Assembly (NCBI RefSeq): GCF_009914755.1
Contig: NC_060927.1
Direction: 5' to 3' (one strand)
Origin: the human T2T-CHM13v2.0 reference genome, Homo sapiens
DNA length: 64,000 nucleotides
The notes under the pieces are model-generated. The model did not search any database. It worked only from the letters and a program-made list of their open reading frames with translations, and was not told the DNA's origin. The position numbers were made by a program, and so were the translations under genes. Every line of letters begins with the position of its first letter. Within the stretch, counting starts at the first letter, position 1. This document shows positions 29,341 to 43,600 of the stretch, one piece after another.

Positions 29341-29519
29341 TAATATATTTTAATCTAAATCTATAAATGTTATTAACTTATTTGTACAACTGAATAAACC
29401 TAGATAGTGAGGAAATAGTAGAGATAGTTATAAAATTTCCCTCCAAAGACAGACCTCAAAGAGGGATGGCAGGGGAGAGGCGTTCCTGTGTATGCCACTA
29501 GTTTGAACAATGGCTTGGT

Positions 29520-30560
29520 TCTCTTTCCTTTCTTTACAATCTATCCCTGGAAGAGCTCATCTACACCCATGGTTCCAATATCCATTCACACACAGGCTTC
29601 TGACTTACAAATCTCCATTTCCTACTCAGTTCTTTTTCTCCAGTTCTAGACCTATATACTTAACAGTCTAATGGAGGTATCCACAGAGAAGTCCCATAGT
29701 TTCCTCAAATATAGCAGGTTCAAAGCTGAACTCAATAGTTCACTCCTGCCCCTCTTCCATCTTCTATCATGGAGCTTGGCATGTTCTACATGTCCCCATT
29801 GCTCACGTATACATATTATCTTTGTTTCCAAGTCTTGTTTTAATATTTTTTGGAACCTGTCTCTCTCTTTCTCATTATCCCCCTTGTCACTATTGGATCT
29901 CTGTACTGGTCTCCTTGCCTCTATTCCTTTCTCAATAAATCCACCAGAGAAGGATTTTTCTAAAATAGGAACTGTTGCTGTCATTCCTCTTAGCAGAACC
30001 CTTCAAACATCATCTCTCCTCCCCCAGTCTTCAGTGCATGACATCCAAGGATTCCTATGATCTCACCACTAGTGATTTTCAGTCTTTTTCTCTCACTATT
30101 CTACCATCCTTGAGTACTACTGAAATACGTATATTTACTTAAAAAGACATCTTTCCATGTTTATCTATTTGTGTGTGAATACCTTTCCTTTCTGCACCAG
30201 GGATACCCTGCTCTGTTCTCCCCACCTTTCTCCTGATCTATCTTGAATCTGGCAAATTCCTATGCATTCCTCAAACCTCAGCTCACATAGTACCTCTTGT
30301 AAGACACCTTCTCCCACTGGCTGGAGCAATGGCATGATGTGGAGGCTCATGTAGTAACTGATGTGGGTTTTCTTTCATTGCTACATATAGTTAATATTTT
30401 ATTATAATCATTTAATCATTTTTCTATCTCCCTACTAGACTGTAAATTTGCTAAGGCACAGAGAGCTTATATTATTTATCTTTGTATTCCTAGCACATAG
30501 TTTGTGCTGGGAATATGGTAGATACTCAGAGAAATGTTTGCTGAACAAATGAATAAATTA
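29520..30560 (+). mobile_element. L2 3' portion
   Basis: Pyrimidine-rich L2 body ending tagactgtaa...atgtttgctgaacaaatgaataa. Confidence 0.7.
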
Positions 30561-31504
30561 ATTCATGACCATTTAACATGTACATATCATAGTAATAAGT
30601 GATTTCATATATTCCCATTTATTCCTCACAGCCTTATGGATAAGCTATGAATATGATCTCCTTATGAATGTATATACAATATTCACCTCCCCACACATAT
30701 ACATACACACACAGCAGTCAGTCACAGCCAGGGAAGATTCATGTTCCTCTTGGCTTTCTAAGATACCTGTCACTGTTCTTTCTCTTGAGAAAGGAGAGCT
30801 TAATGTGTCTGATTCCAGGAGCTGAGAATTAAGCTGTCCTTTCTCAGAGGAGGTAGAATACAGTGGAAAACATATGGGCTTTGAGGTTGACTAGAACTAG
30901 GCTCAAATTTCAACTGTTCTTCTTATAAACTGTGAGATCTTGGGCAAATTGCTTAAATTTTGAAACTTGGTTCCTCAGATGTTTCAAAGAGTTGTGATAA
31001 TTTAATGAGATAATATATGTAAGTAATGTACTGTGGTTCCTAGGCATTGTAACCCACCATCAAATGGTAGCTGTTATTATTGTATGGCATGTATTCCCAA
31101 ACACGTTTGTGACATACTGTTTCATCTGGCTGCCCCTGGGCCTTGCATTAGAGTTCGTTACTCACAAGTCCCTCTTTCTCATCCTGGACTGAGTGCTCCT
31201 ACAGAGCAAGATGCACATTTTATCTTTATTTGTAACTTTAGTGCCTAACCTGGCACCCAGCACCTATCTATAACTCAATATTTGTGGGTCGAATAAATAA
31301 ATGAATCAATCAGTTATGCAAAGTTGAGCTCCCCAATTGCTGTACAGTTCAAGCTCAAAAGAAGCTATGTCCTGTCCAGTTTCCACCATGGAATGCCTTT
31401 TCTACTCCTTTGTTCTCTGTTTAATGCCATTGGTGGAAATTTCCTCTTGTATCCACATCAGCAGAGCAAGGTTGAGCATCCATAGCCGCAAGCGATTGCC
31501 TTAC

Positions 31505-31699
31505 CTAGATCTAAGGATGAAGTCTCCGGGACTCTGAGAGGCTGGCCTCTCTGCTCAGCATCCGTGCTGATGAGGTCAGATCCATCGGCCTTTTTCTTGA
31601 GGGATGAGGTTTTTGATGAGGGCTCTGACTTCTTGGCTTTGGTTTGGGTTTGAGAGACTGGTTCACTCAGGTCGAGGAGATCTAAGCCAGTGGTCAATA
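31505..31699 (-). CDS. PEX5L: PEX5L exon 6, (V)LTTGLDLLDLSEPVSQ...PETSSLDL(D)
   Basis: ttctggtag|TA TTG...CTA G|gtaagg; 195 nt, phase 1-1; overlaps ORF 31458..31697; contains a clathrin-box-like DLLDL. Confidence 0.97.
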
Positions 31700-33009
31700 C
31701 TACCAGAAATGGAAGAGGTTAAGATAAGCCCATTTACTACTCTGAAATTATTTAAAATAGGTTTCAGTTGGGTACAGAAAGATTTTATGTTTGTAGGATA
31801 GGTTAGAATAAAATTACGTTAGCTCATCATTGATTTATAGAGACAGCTTGTTAGACTGGGATGTTTGCTGCATGTTATTCTTATAGTTGGTATGGCACAA
31901 ATTGGTAAGAAAGGACTTAGACCAGCCTCAGCAATGATGAAGCTTTGAATGAAATTAAAATGATCAAACTGAATCTGAGTTCAGGTGCTATTTACTTTAT
32001 TGCTTTGCTTTATTTATACTGAAGGTTATTTTAGATTGCAATTTCCCAGAGAGGAGTCAATCTACCATATTCAGAGATTTAGTGAAGGTTTTGAATGTCT
32101 TTGTGTTTTAATTTTAAACAATAAAGTATATGGGGTATAAAGCAATGCTGTTAATCATCTTTTATTTAATTAAGCAGTTCAATCAGAAAATGGCATCCTG
32201 TTTGGGTTCACCCAAGAGAGGTATTTTATAATCCATAGTTGATGAATAGGTACACATGTTAATGCCTTTGCTGTTTAGTATGCAAATTTGAATTTCAATG
32301 TAACTAACTATAAAACTGTTACACTTTTACTTCCTAGCAGGTTGATTACATTGCATTAAATACTCTAATGAAAGCAGAAATAATAACTTGTTCAAATGCA
32401 AATAAGGCAAATGAGAATTAAAAAAGCAAGTTTTATAACCTTAGCTTCTTCCTTCTTTTACAGTGCACGTAACCAGTGTTTGACTAGCTCATTGTGAGAG
32501 ATAGAAAATTCAAATTGGAGAAGGTCCCTACAGCTCTACCTTTCCACCAGTCCCTGCTGTTTCACTGGCCCTGGCACTGCACTGGAGAGACTAGCTTCTG
32601 AGCAAGATCGGTGGCTCCCTGGCCTGGAATCTCTTCACCCAGCTCACGTAGGAAAGCCACAGAAAGACAAAGAAACCACTTGCATTAACCCTTTGTGGCA
32701 GTCTACAACAATGACTGCAGCACTCCTCTTTAATCTCCAAGCTTTTCCTCTAGGTGGGGGATGGATTTTTGCTGATGTCTCAATACTCTTCTGTCTGCTT
32801 CTCCCTTGTACTCAAGGCAGGGGCCGGGCTCCATTGAACTCACAACCTGGATTTCTTTAGTAGTGCATGGGCTTCATGAGTTAACCATTCCTATGGGATC
32901 TTTAGGATGGTGTGTCAAACTTTACTCTTAATAATCTTGCTTTCTGATTCCAATTCCAAGTCACAGTGGTTGGATGTTGTTGGTGAAGTGGAAACATCTG
33001 GCTCTGTCA

Positions 33010-33175
33010 CGGCTTAGTGTGTGACTTGAAGTAAGTTTCTTGATCTCTCTGAGTTTCAGTTTCCTCATTTGAAAATGGGGAATTAATTGTCTTTTAGGGA
33101 TAAGATGAGGATTAAATGATCTAATGTATGTAAAGTGCCAGGCATACAATAGGTACTCAATAAATGTGATTTCCA
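33010..33175 (+). mobile_element. MIR (one of many; other MIR fragments near 7550, 12280, 17920, 19760, 25180, 30860, 53600, 62900)
   Basis: ctctctgagtttcagtttcctcatttgaaaatgggg core; ends ctcaataaatg. Confidence 0.8.
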
Positions 33176-34379
33176 TTCTTTTACAGCCAATTTGTGATTT
33201 TTTCTATCCTTTTTGTTGTTGTTGTTGATGTTCTCCTATTTTCACTGCTCCTTTTTATTTGAGACAAGAATCAGATCCATACACTGACAGAAAGAGAAAA
33301 TGCTACTGGGAATAAAACTGAAGATGAGACAAAGATATTGGTTCTACAGAGGATCCTATGAAGTAAATTTATCATAAAGTGGCCTGAAAGTGTCAGCTTA
33401 TCTCAACAGAATCTTCCTGAGGCAATAGGAACCACTTCCCAATGCTAAGATGCCCTGAGATACGAGGGATGTTTTGGGGCTAGGAAGTACTTGAACGTGG
33501 AGGGAAAGAAGTGACATTCAGAACTAAGCTGCCTGGCTTTATGTCTAAAATGTAAGCATGGCAGACAGCCAAAATAGGCTAGAATGCCTCACATTTTATA
33601 TCCACTGAATGGTCAAATAGAAATTTCCAGACCACTATTATGTTGGCAAGGAGTCTAGGCCCAATGTGATGTCCTTATAATGGAGGAAAGGAAATTGATG
33701 GCATAATATAGAATGCCATATACATCTTTTTACTAATTGTACAAACAATTAAGAGTTAGTCACTTGCTCCTAGACTTTTAGAAGCAAATTATAAAATTGT
33801 CTACTTGAACATAGGAAGTACATTTGTTATGGAATAACAGCTGGCAAGTACTAATTTAATTCTATATCTTCTTCTCACATTCAGAATAAATGAATTACTA
33901 AAAGGGTGAACTGTGAATTCAAACTTGGCTCAGTAAGGTTCTTTCCCCCTCCAAAGTGTCCTGGGCAATTCCTGTATTTGTTCTGAGCTCTTTGTCCCTT
34001 TGTTCTTTTTCTTGCAAATGTGAAACAAATGCTTGGCACACACAGAAAGCCTAATTGGTTACCCAGCTGATGAAGGAGGTGGCTTGGAGGTCGAATGGCC
34101 AGCTTTGAAGCTGGGAAAGTCCCTGCAGAGTACGTTTTCAAAAGGAGAGAAGGGTGGGTGTAGCCTTTCACTCTCTGGAGAAAGACAAATCACATTTTAG
34201 CATGTGTGTGTCCTTTAGCTAAGATTTAAAAGTAAGAATCTTATTGCTCCACACAAAGACAGCCCTGGTATGGTAGGCGGTGTCTGCTCTGCTGATTTCT
34301 TAAATCCTATTTTAAAGATCCTTCAGGCACATGAAGTTTTGGGTTTCAGTATCTGTGTGCTTAAATTAAGAGCACCAAC

Positions 34380-34650
34380 CGGTGAGGTGTGTTGGCTCAT
34401 GTTTGTAATCCCAGTGCTTTGGGAGGCCAAGGCAGGAGGATCGCTCGAAGCCAGGAGTTTGAGACCAGCCTAGGCAATATAACAAGATTCAGTCACTACA
34501 AAACAATTAAAAAAATTAAAAAAAATTAGCCAGGAGTGATGGCTATCACCTGTAGTCTCAGCTACTCGGGAGACTAGGTGGGAGGACTGCTTTAGCCCAG
34601 AAGTTTGAGCCAGCCTGGGTGACAGAGTAAGACCCTGTCTCTAAAAAAAA
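34380..34650 (+). mobile_element. AluJ with a right-arm deletion
   Basis: Diverged Alu; right arm jumps from gaagtttgag to ccagcctggg. Confidence 0.88.
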
Positions 34651-35077
34651 GGAGCACAAAGGAACAAAGGATAATCTCCTCTTACAATGAACGTGAAAAG
34701 TGTGTGCGTGTGTGTATGCACATGTGTGTGTATGCGTGTGATAGTGTAGATCTAATAAAATACCTTCAGGGTGTAATCTTATTGTCACATATGCAGACTT
34801 TTCTCATGGACCACATGTCAGTCACCACTCACAGCTTCATAGGCTGTGGGATCCCACTGCCCAGAGGATGTCGCTGACTTCACTTCTATTTGCTGTAGCA
34901 GGGGGATTTCCAGCTCAGTTGCTTCTGAGCAGGCTATGTTTTGCCAGTCACCCTTGTAGCACTTTGTCCTGTCTTCTTCACTTTAGTTCAGCTAATCTAT
35001 TTTGGTGTCCTGATGTTCCGTGAATATTGTGCATAAAATAAGGCAGCACAGGACAGTGGTTAAGACTGTCTGAGTTT

Positions 35078-35369
35078 GACTGAGTGCAGTGGCTCATGCC
35101 TGTAATCCCAGCACTTTGGGAGGCTGAGGCAGGCGGATCACCTGAGGTCGGGAGTTCAAGGCCAGCCTGACCAACATGGAGAAACCCCGTCTCTACTAAA
35201 AATACAAAATTAGCCGGGCGTGGTGGCACATGCCTGTAATCTCAGCTACTCTGGAGGCTGAGGCAGGAGAAATTGCTTGACCCTGGGAGGCGGAGGTTGC
35301 GGTGAGCCGAGATCATGCCATTGCACTCCAGCTTGGGCAACAAGAGCAAAACTCCGTCTCAAAAAAAAA
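35078..35369 (+). mobile_element. AluSp/Sq
   Basis: Full dimer; ccaacatggagaaaccccg and caacaagagcaaaactcc diagnostics. Confidence 0.93.
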
Positions 35370-35727
35370 TGTCTCTCTGAACCTTAACTCTGCCCACTAA
35401 AATAAGGATAAAACTATAAAGTATTGGATGAAGTGCTTATCTACAGCTCTTGGAACAGCACTATAAGCATAGTCATGATGCAAATAAATATTTATCGCTA
35501 CTAGAAGATTCTACTGAAAGCATTCATGCTTGACACAAACTGTAGATATATGAGGTTGGAAATGATTACAAAAACTATTTATTGAAAATATACAATATGG
35601 TAAGTGCTTATGAGTGTTTCCTTACTTAGTCTACATAACATTTCTGTGAAAAAGGTATTCTAATTTTACATATGAGAAACTTGAGGCTTGGCAATATTAA
35701 GTAACTTGTCCAAAATCACACAGCTGG

Positions 35728-36179
35728 TGTGGTAGAAAAACGCCCCCCTCTAATATGGCCACATTCTAATCCCCAGAACCTGTAAATATGTTACCTTGAC
35801 ATGTCACATGGCAAAAGGGACTTTGCAGATGTAATTAAGGATTTGGAGACTGAAAGATTAATCTGGATGATCCCTGTGGGCCCAATGTAATCACAAGAGC
35901 TCTTATAAAGTGCAGTTAGGGGGGTCAGAGCCAGAGAAGGACATGGAGACCAATGTGAGAGAGAGAGCTGCTGCTTTTGAAGATGGAGCAAGGAGTCATA
36001 AGCCACCAAATTGTAGGTGCCCTCTAGAAGCTGGAAAAAGCAAGGAAGTGAATTCTGTCCTGGAGCCTCCAGAAGTAATGTAGTTCTATTGACATCTTGA
36101 TTTTAGGATAATAAATTTGTGTTGTTTTAAGCCATTAGATTTGTGGTAATTGTTACGGTGACAATAGAAAACTAATATA
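35728..36179 (+). mobile_element. MLT1D-like LTR inserted in a MIR
   Basis: tgtggtag...ggcaaaagggactttgcagatgtaattaagg; TSD gctgg/actgg. Confidence 0.85.
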
Positions 36180-36774
36180 ACTGGTATGTCAGTGTTTACA
36201 CCAGGATTCAAATACAGGATACAGGTCTCATCTCTCCATAGCCTGTGTTCTTGCACAGTCCTCTCTAGACTTTATCTAAACCTTAAGGCAGGGTGCTGAC
36301 TTTATTGATAAGGCTTTGATTCATTTGTTTGTTTAGCTTCTAATTATTTGGCAGTTTGGATAGTCCAAGGAATGATTTAAATAGTTGGCAGTCTCAAAAA
36401 CTTTTGTTCTTCAGATAATCTAATAGAACTGGGTGGAAAAAAATTATAATTTAGAACTTCTATGAGGCAAAAGATACGTTCTTTTAGGGTTCATAGAGAA
36501 AAAAAATCACTGACCGACCTCCAGAAGAGGTAAATATTTCCTAAATTTTTTTTATTTTGTATTGATTTATATAAAAACTAGATTTCTTACGAATTAAAAA
36601 ATATATAATATTTTTGCCTTGAGATATACGCTTAATATTAAAAACACTTATCAAATAAGAGTCTTTCTTCAGGATAAAAATCTGTGTGAACCAGGTGCAC
36701 TGAATAATGGAGGTGGGTAAAAATAAATCCCCAGTCTCAGAACACTATTTTTCCAGACCCCCTACGTTGGAGAG

Positions 36775-37523
<749 letters not shown>

Positions 37524-39249
37524 AGAGGGCAACATTGTAGATATTGGGATTGCAAGAAATTACACATTCTTTTGATTTTTTTCCTACAGTATTTCACAGG
37601 TCTCTCTTCCATATGTTAGAACAATCAAGCTGAAAAGAAGCTTTTGAATCAAATCTTATATTGCTCTCTCAGGGTGGATCCTTTCTAAGTGACTTAGTTT
37701 TCCCATCAGTGAGAATTGGAGCATGAAGAGGAAGTTTGCAGTGCATACAATTCTCACTGATTCACCTGCAATTGGACATACAAGGTTATCTGTATTTTCC
37801 TGGGGTAGTTCTCGAGTTTTGAAGGGGCCAGCTCTTGTTTCACGGATCAGAGGAATGAACCTCATCTGATAGTATGTGAACTTGTTTAATTTCCTACCTA
37901 GAATTTGCCAAGTACCATTTAATTTCTTGATTACTGAAAGTGAGAGCTGAATTTAGAAAATGATTGCTGTGGTGTGATATAAAAAAGTCAACGCAATTGA
38001 AAATGAAAGTGTAGGGAATACATATTGTTCTCACCTAAAATCTAACAGAAATTTTTACACCAGTTAGAGTTTACATGGTGTTAAGCTTTTTCATGGATTG
38101 CTTCCTTTAATCTTTCCAATGAACTTACGAGATGTAGATCTTACTATTATCAGACAAATGAAGAAACTGAGGCTTAGTTAAGCAACATGCCCCTGGATAC
38201 AGAGCTGGGGTTGGAATTCATGGAGTTTGAACCCAGAAACTGTAAAATATGACCTCACATAACAAGCCTGTCTATCTCATGCTAGTTACTCTTCTTGTAA
38301 TTTTTGGCATTTTGGAAAAATCACGATTTCCTTCTCCTGTGATTTTATTCACTTAGAAATATAATGAAAATATGCAAGCCAACAGCAAACTGAGGCCAAG
38401 ATGACAAAATGGAACAAATTTAACAAGACAGTATGTGATTATCCTTTTCTTTTTCCATTAAATTCCGCTCTGCACATCCAACATAACCTTTGTTCTTTGA
38501 TTCTGAACATCATTTTTTCATTCTTATTTGAATGACATGACTTTGAATGTGAATGCTGACCAAATGAAATCAATGCAGAAAGACTGCCTCTACAAGGGAA
38601 GTGTAATTTATGCCAGTGGCATCCTGTACTCACTCATTGGATTAATACTTATTGAGTGCCGATTCCTATATGTGACAGGCACCGAGCAGGGGATGGTTTA
38701 CTATTTGATAATGTTTAATTCCAGGAGAACATTCAAATAGATTGTTGTAACGGGGAGCAAGTAACACATTTACATGACAGAAAATGAAACCGGCTCTATA
38801 CTATCCCAAAGCTGCAGGATATTTTGTCATTTAAATCCACTTGAAAAGGTTGCCACATTTTTATTTACTGGACTTCCGTTATACAAAATATTTCCAGAAA
38901 TAATTGGACCATCAGCCAGAACTTGAAAACCTTACTCTGAAAGAGATGTTTTTGTTTTAAAGATTTTCTAATGTGATGAGACTTTAGATATAAATATGCA
39001 AATATGAAAATATACATGAAAACATGATTCATTGCTAATAGTGGTATACTTATGTTCTGCAAAATTGGTTGGGTAATATACATTGCAATTTCTGTGATTT
39101 ATTGGTTTATGCTAAATAGTATACATTCTAAAGTTTCATTTGGTTGCAAACGTTCTTTCCTCACTTAAAATGTATTATGGAAAAAATGTGCATTTTACTA
39201 TAGTTAAAATTAACTCTAGTTGAGGAACAGTTAAAAGTGAGAGAATTAC

Positions 39250-39361
39250 CAGCTGTATTGGATGTTACTGGCCTTGCTATTGCTTCCGATTTGGTTTCAC
39301 AGAGAAAGTCATCGATGGAGGGACTCAGGAGGGGTCTGCTTTCTTGTTGCTCATTCACCAG
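39250..39361 (-). CDS. PEX5L: PEX5L exon 5, LVNEQQESRPLLSPSIDDFLCETKSEAIARPVTSNTA(V)
   Basis: ttgttctcag|CTG...GCT G|gtaatt; 112 nt, phase 0-1; lies within ORF 39161..39388; contains the ESRPLL dileucine sorting motif. Confidence 0.97.
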
Positions 39362-40326
39362 CTGAGAACAAATGAACAGAGGTGTCAAAGGGCTTTGTTA
39401 AACTGCAGAGTCAGATGAATTAAAATGCAGCCTTGCAACAAAATGAGAATAGCAAGCCTACCAAAAATAAATAAATACATAAATAAATAATGGGGTGGGG
39501 GCAAGAAAGAAAAAATATCAAGAGGTGGGGAATGAGCCTTTTAGCACTGTCAACATATTTTTGATGCAGCCAACTTCAATGTTTAAAGCTCAAGCCTTTC
39601 CTCCCCCCTCCTGAAATATGATTATTCTCTAATTTCAATATATAGAAAATGACACGTATTGAATCATAGTTGCTAAGGGCCAATCCCACTCCTCACCTGG
39701 ACAAAAGCTCCTACTGAGACCTGGACCAGTGGCTTCAGACTCAAAGATGACATGTTCTGGTTAGCACTGCTCAGTCAGTGTTTATGTGGGGAGTGCAAAC
39801 ACACGGATCAGTGTGGGTGGATAAATGCCTGCCTCGTCTCCCTCTCTTAAAAAGCTCAGGTCACCTAAAAACACACCCTCTACATTTCCTTGGAATGCTT
39901 TTGTATTACATAACAAATATTATTTTGGGAGAGTAGAAAATATTGTTATATTAACTGTGTAGGTATCTAGTACATGCGTTTATAAAATCTATTTGTAAAA
40001 TATATCTCGGTAGATTCAATTGTGTTTTCCCATTAGCTCATTTTCTAATTTCAGCAATCTTTCAGTTTGATTTTTTAGTGGATCTCTAATTATCAGTGGC
40101 AACCACTATTTACTTTCAATCATTCTGCACCTCTTTGAATCCCGTCTTGCCGAGTTATGTTTCTACGGTTAAGGGAGAAAACACACTTTTGATACTCAGG
40201 TGGTTGATCCCTAAATTAACTGTTTTTTTTTGGGGGGGTGGGGGAGCTTTTATATTTGCCTTTCATAAAACAGGCATAATCATCTAGTTTTTTGCTTAAG
40301 AAAAAGACACACCTCATAATCTTTAG

Positions 40327-40653
<327 letters not shown>

Positions 40654-43600
40654 AATCTCTAGATTTTTTAAGAACTTATTTGTTAAGTTGCATTTTAAGA
40701 GGCATAAAATAGCAAATGGAGTGCTTTGGAGTATTACCAAATCAAAATATTTTATATTACTCTACTCACCTTCGCTACATTGTTTCTCTGGCACAGTGTC
40801 AGCAGTCTCATAGTTTAGAGCTGATGGAAGGTGGCAGGGGACCTGAGTAATGGTAACTATGGGGAGAAAGTGCACTTCTTTTATTTCTGAAAGGGCAATA
40901 TGGAAGCACTTAGTGGTCTTTTGGAGACTGGAAGCCAAGAGACACATTTAGTACTCATATGCATGCTATTTAAAGATGGATAAATCTCATTTAAACATGT
41001 GTAAATCTCAGATGTCCATTAGAGTTTAAGATTTCAATATAGAGTTGGTAATTAGATTTTTATACATATTAATTTGTTATTGAGGGATGGGCTTTGAGAA
41101 CGCTTTTCTTCTTTTAACGTTCAAGTTACAGGGATAGATCTTTCTTCAATTATTGTAAGCTTTGGTATTACTATGTATAAAACCTCGCAGATTTTGCTAG
41201 GAATCAAATCCAAGGCCTCTTTTGGTATTAATCTTTTATTTTAGGATGCTGCTTTGACTCATGAGTGAAACTCTGAGCCCCAGTGCTTTTTATTTTTTCT
41301 GAATTTGAACATTCCTGGGTATCACCCATTCTATATATATTAAAATATTTTTAAATGTTGAGGGACTATGAGCTGCCTATGTTTCAGGAATAAAATATAT
41401 TTGAATTTTTGTAAATGCTATGGTCTATTTGAGTTTAGGAATGATTTGTAATACTTTCTGGCATAAAAGTCAATTTTATTATCTGGAAATGTAGTTGAAA
41501 GCACTGGTATAGAATACAATATACTAGAAAATGATGAAATAGCTAAACATCAGTGATCCGGTGAGCTCATCTAAAAATATGATTAGTGTCCCAGAGTCTG
41601 TATCTCATTTGTAGTTAGTGCATGTCCAAACTGTACATATGTAACAGTTTCCAAAGGACCTGTACATTGATACATATTTCCTGGTAGGACTTGCTCTTTT
41701 AACCATATGTGCTTAATGTAATGAACTCATCTAGTGTGATCAACGCAGTGATGAGGTCCTACTTTCACAAACAATGCCCACCTCCACACTGTGGCCTTCT
41801 CATGGCTGTGAAGTGCGATCTGAATTCCACTGTGTTATACGCATTCACAGAGGATGAAGGTTACCATCAAATATGGCACCACCCTATACGCATAGAAATT
41901 ATTGTAACAGGGTTGCATTTACTAAGCAGTGCATTCTGATGACTGGCCTCTGGGTCTAGGTCTTATTTACCCATTGGCTAAATTGTATAAAGCGCAAAGA
42001 CTAAACTCAACCAATACAACTGTGACTTTCAAAGTATGAATATGTATGGACAATGTCATAACTATCTCTTTGATAGTCATTATTTCTTTGAAAAAAAGTT
42101 TAATTTCATTGACAGATGGCTAAGAATAACTGAGTTCTCTTATTCATAATTTTGAGAAATATCAACGTTATGTAGGTAAGTATGAGCTATATTCCGTGGA
42201 AAATCCCCTGTACTCTTTCTTTACTTTGGATACAGTTAAATGCCTTAGTAAAAAAACAAACAAACAAAAAAAACTAAGAGTTTATCCCTAAATCACAGTT
42301 CTGTGTACATATATGTGTGGAATAGTGATATAGGCCTACATTACCTATAGTTTTGGAAGACCAGGGTGTTAGATTTCTTCAGATAGTTTTAGCTGCAAAT
42401 GCATAAAAACTATAGTCTAAATTTGATCAAGTAATTCTAAAAGTAAAATGTTTGTTAACATCTAAATGGAAAGCAAAGGAAAAGGCACAATTCAATGAGA
42501 GCCCTGTCCTTTTGGGCCTGTCTGCTTTACCAAAGGTAAAAAAATTTTTTTTTTTTTTTTTGGAGTCCGTCTCTTTATTCAAACTTTGGACAAATTTTCT
42601 GGAGAAAGCACACTAGCACTCTCAGATTTACTCAGCATACAAATAAAGGGATACCAAAGGAGAGGCTATTCTGAGAGACTTCAGGAAGCCCAGGACAAAG
42701 GCGTGGCATCTCCAGTCTTCTACACCTCTGCCTCAGGAAGTCTGTGTCTTTCCACACCTACTGTCTTGTTTCTGACCATAGTTCACACCTGGACTGATGG
42801 AACTGTTATAACTGCCTGACTTCTACAACTAAGCTACTCCTGTGGCTTTCTTCCACAAATTCAAATCAAAGAAGGAGTAACAAACTACCTTCTGAGTCAG
42901 TGTTTTTCAAGCTGCAGCACAATTTAGCTATTGAGAAATGCTTGGGCTGAAGTGGGGGATAATAGCAGGGCTCAAGCGTGAAAGACCAGATTACAGATAG
43001 CATGGAAAGGTAACTGAAACTGAACAGAAAGTTTTTTGGTTTTGATGGGAGATACGGAAGATGAAACAGGAGATATTATGAAGATACGGAAATCTTTCCT
43101 TATAAGCTCTGAAGCCAGAGAATATCTTACTTATATTTATATCCTTCACAACTTCAAATAGAATGTCTATGTCTAAAAGGGGTTCAATAAATGGCTATTA
43201 AATGAGGAAGTGACTTTGCAGAAACTGAAGATGTAAAAATACCTATCTAAAATGGTCCAATTTTAAATTGCATCTTCAGTTGCAGGAATTTAGGAATGAT
43301 TATTTTAGTCATAGGAAGTCCCATTTTATTTATATTTGCATAGATTAAGAATAGCTTTTTCCATCCCTTCCTCTTCATTTTGAACAAGTTTATGATATTT
43401 CCTTTGGTGACTTGAGAACAAATACATGTTTTAGATCATAAAAGAAAATTTCAAACTGAATTGAGTCTCCCAATTATTCCCTTTAAGCTTAATTTCCAAA
43501 TTGTATAACATTTATTCTTTCCTTATGCATTAGTAGGATAAGGTTTCTTGACTTTCTTTTAGTTTGAAAATAACTTTATGAACTTCTCTTATTTTGTCTT

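Noticed and set aside
35041-35060. REST/RE1-like cagcacaggacag
   Set aside because: Half-site spacing is too short, the flanks do not match, and it lies in MIR-like sequence.
39161-39388. ORFs 39161..39388 and 31458..31697 as stand-alone genes
   Set aside because: These are PEX5L exons 5 and 6 read through their splice sites.
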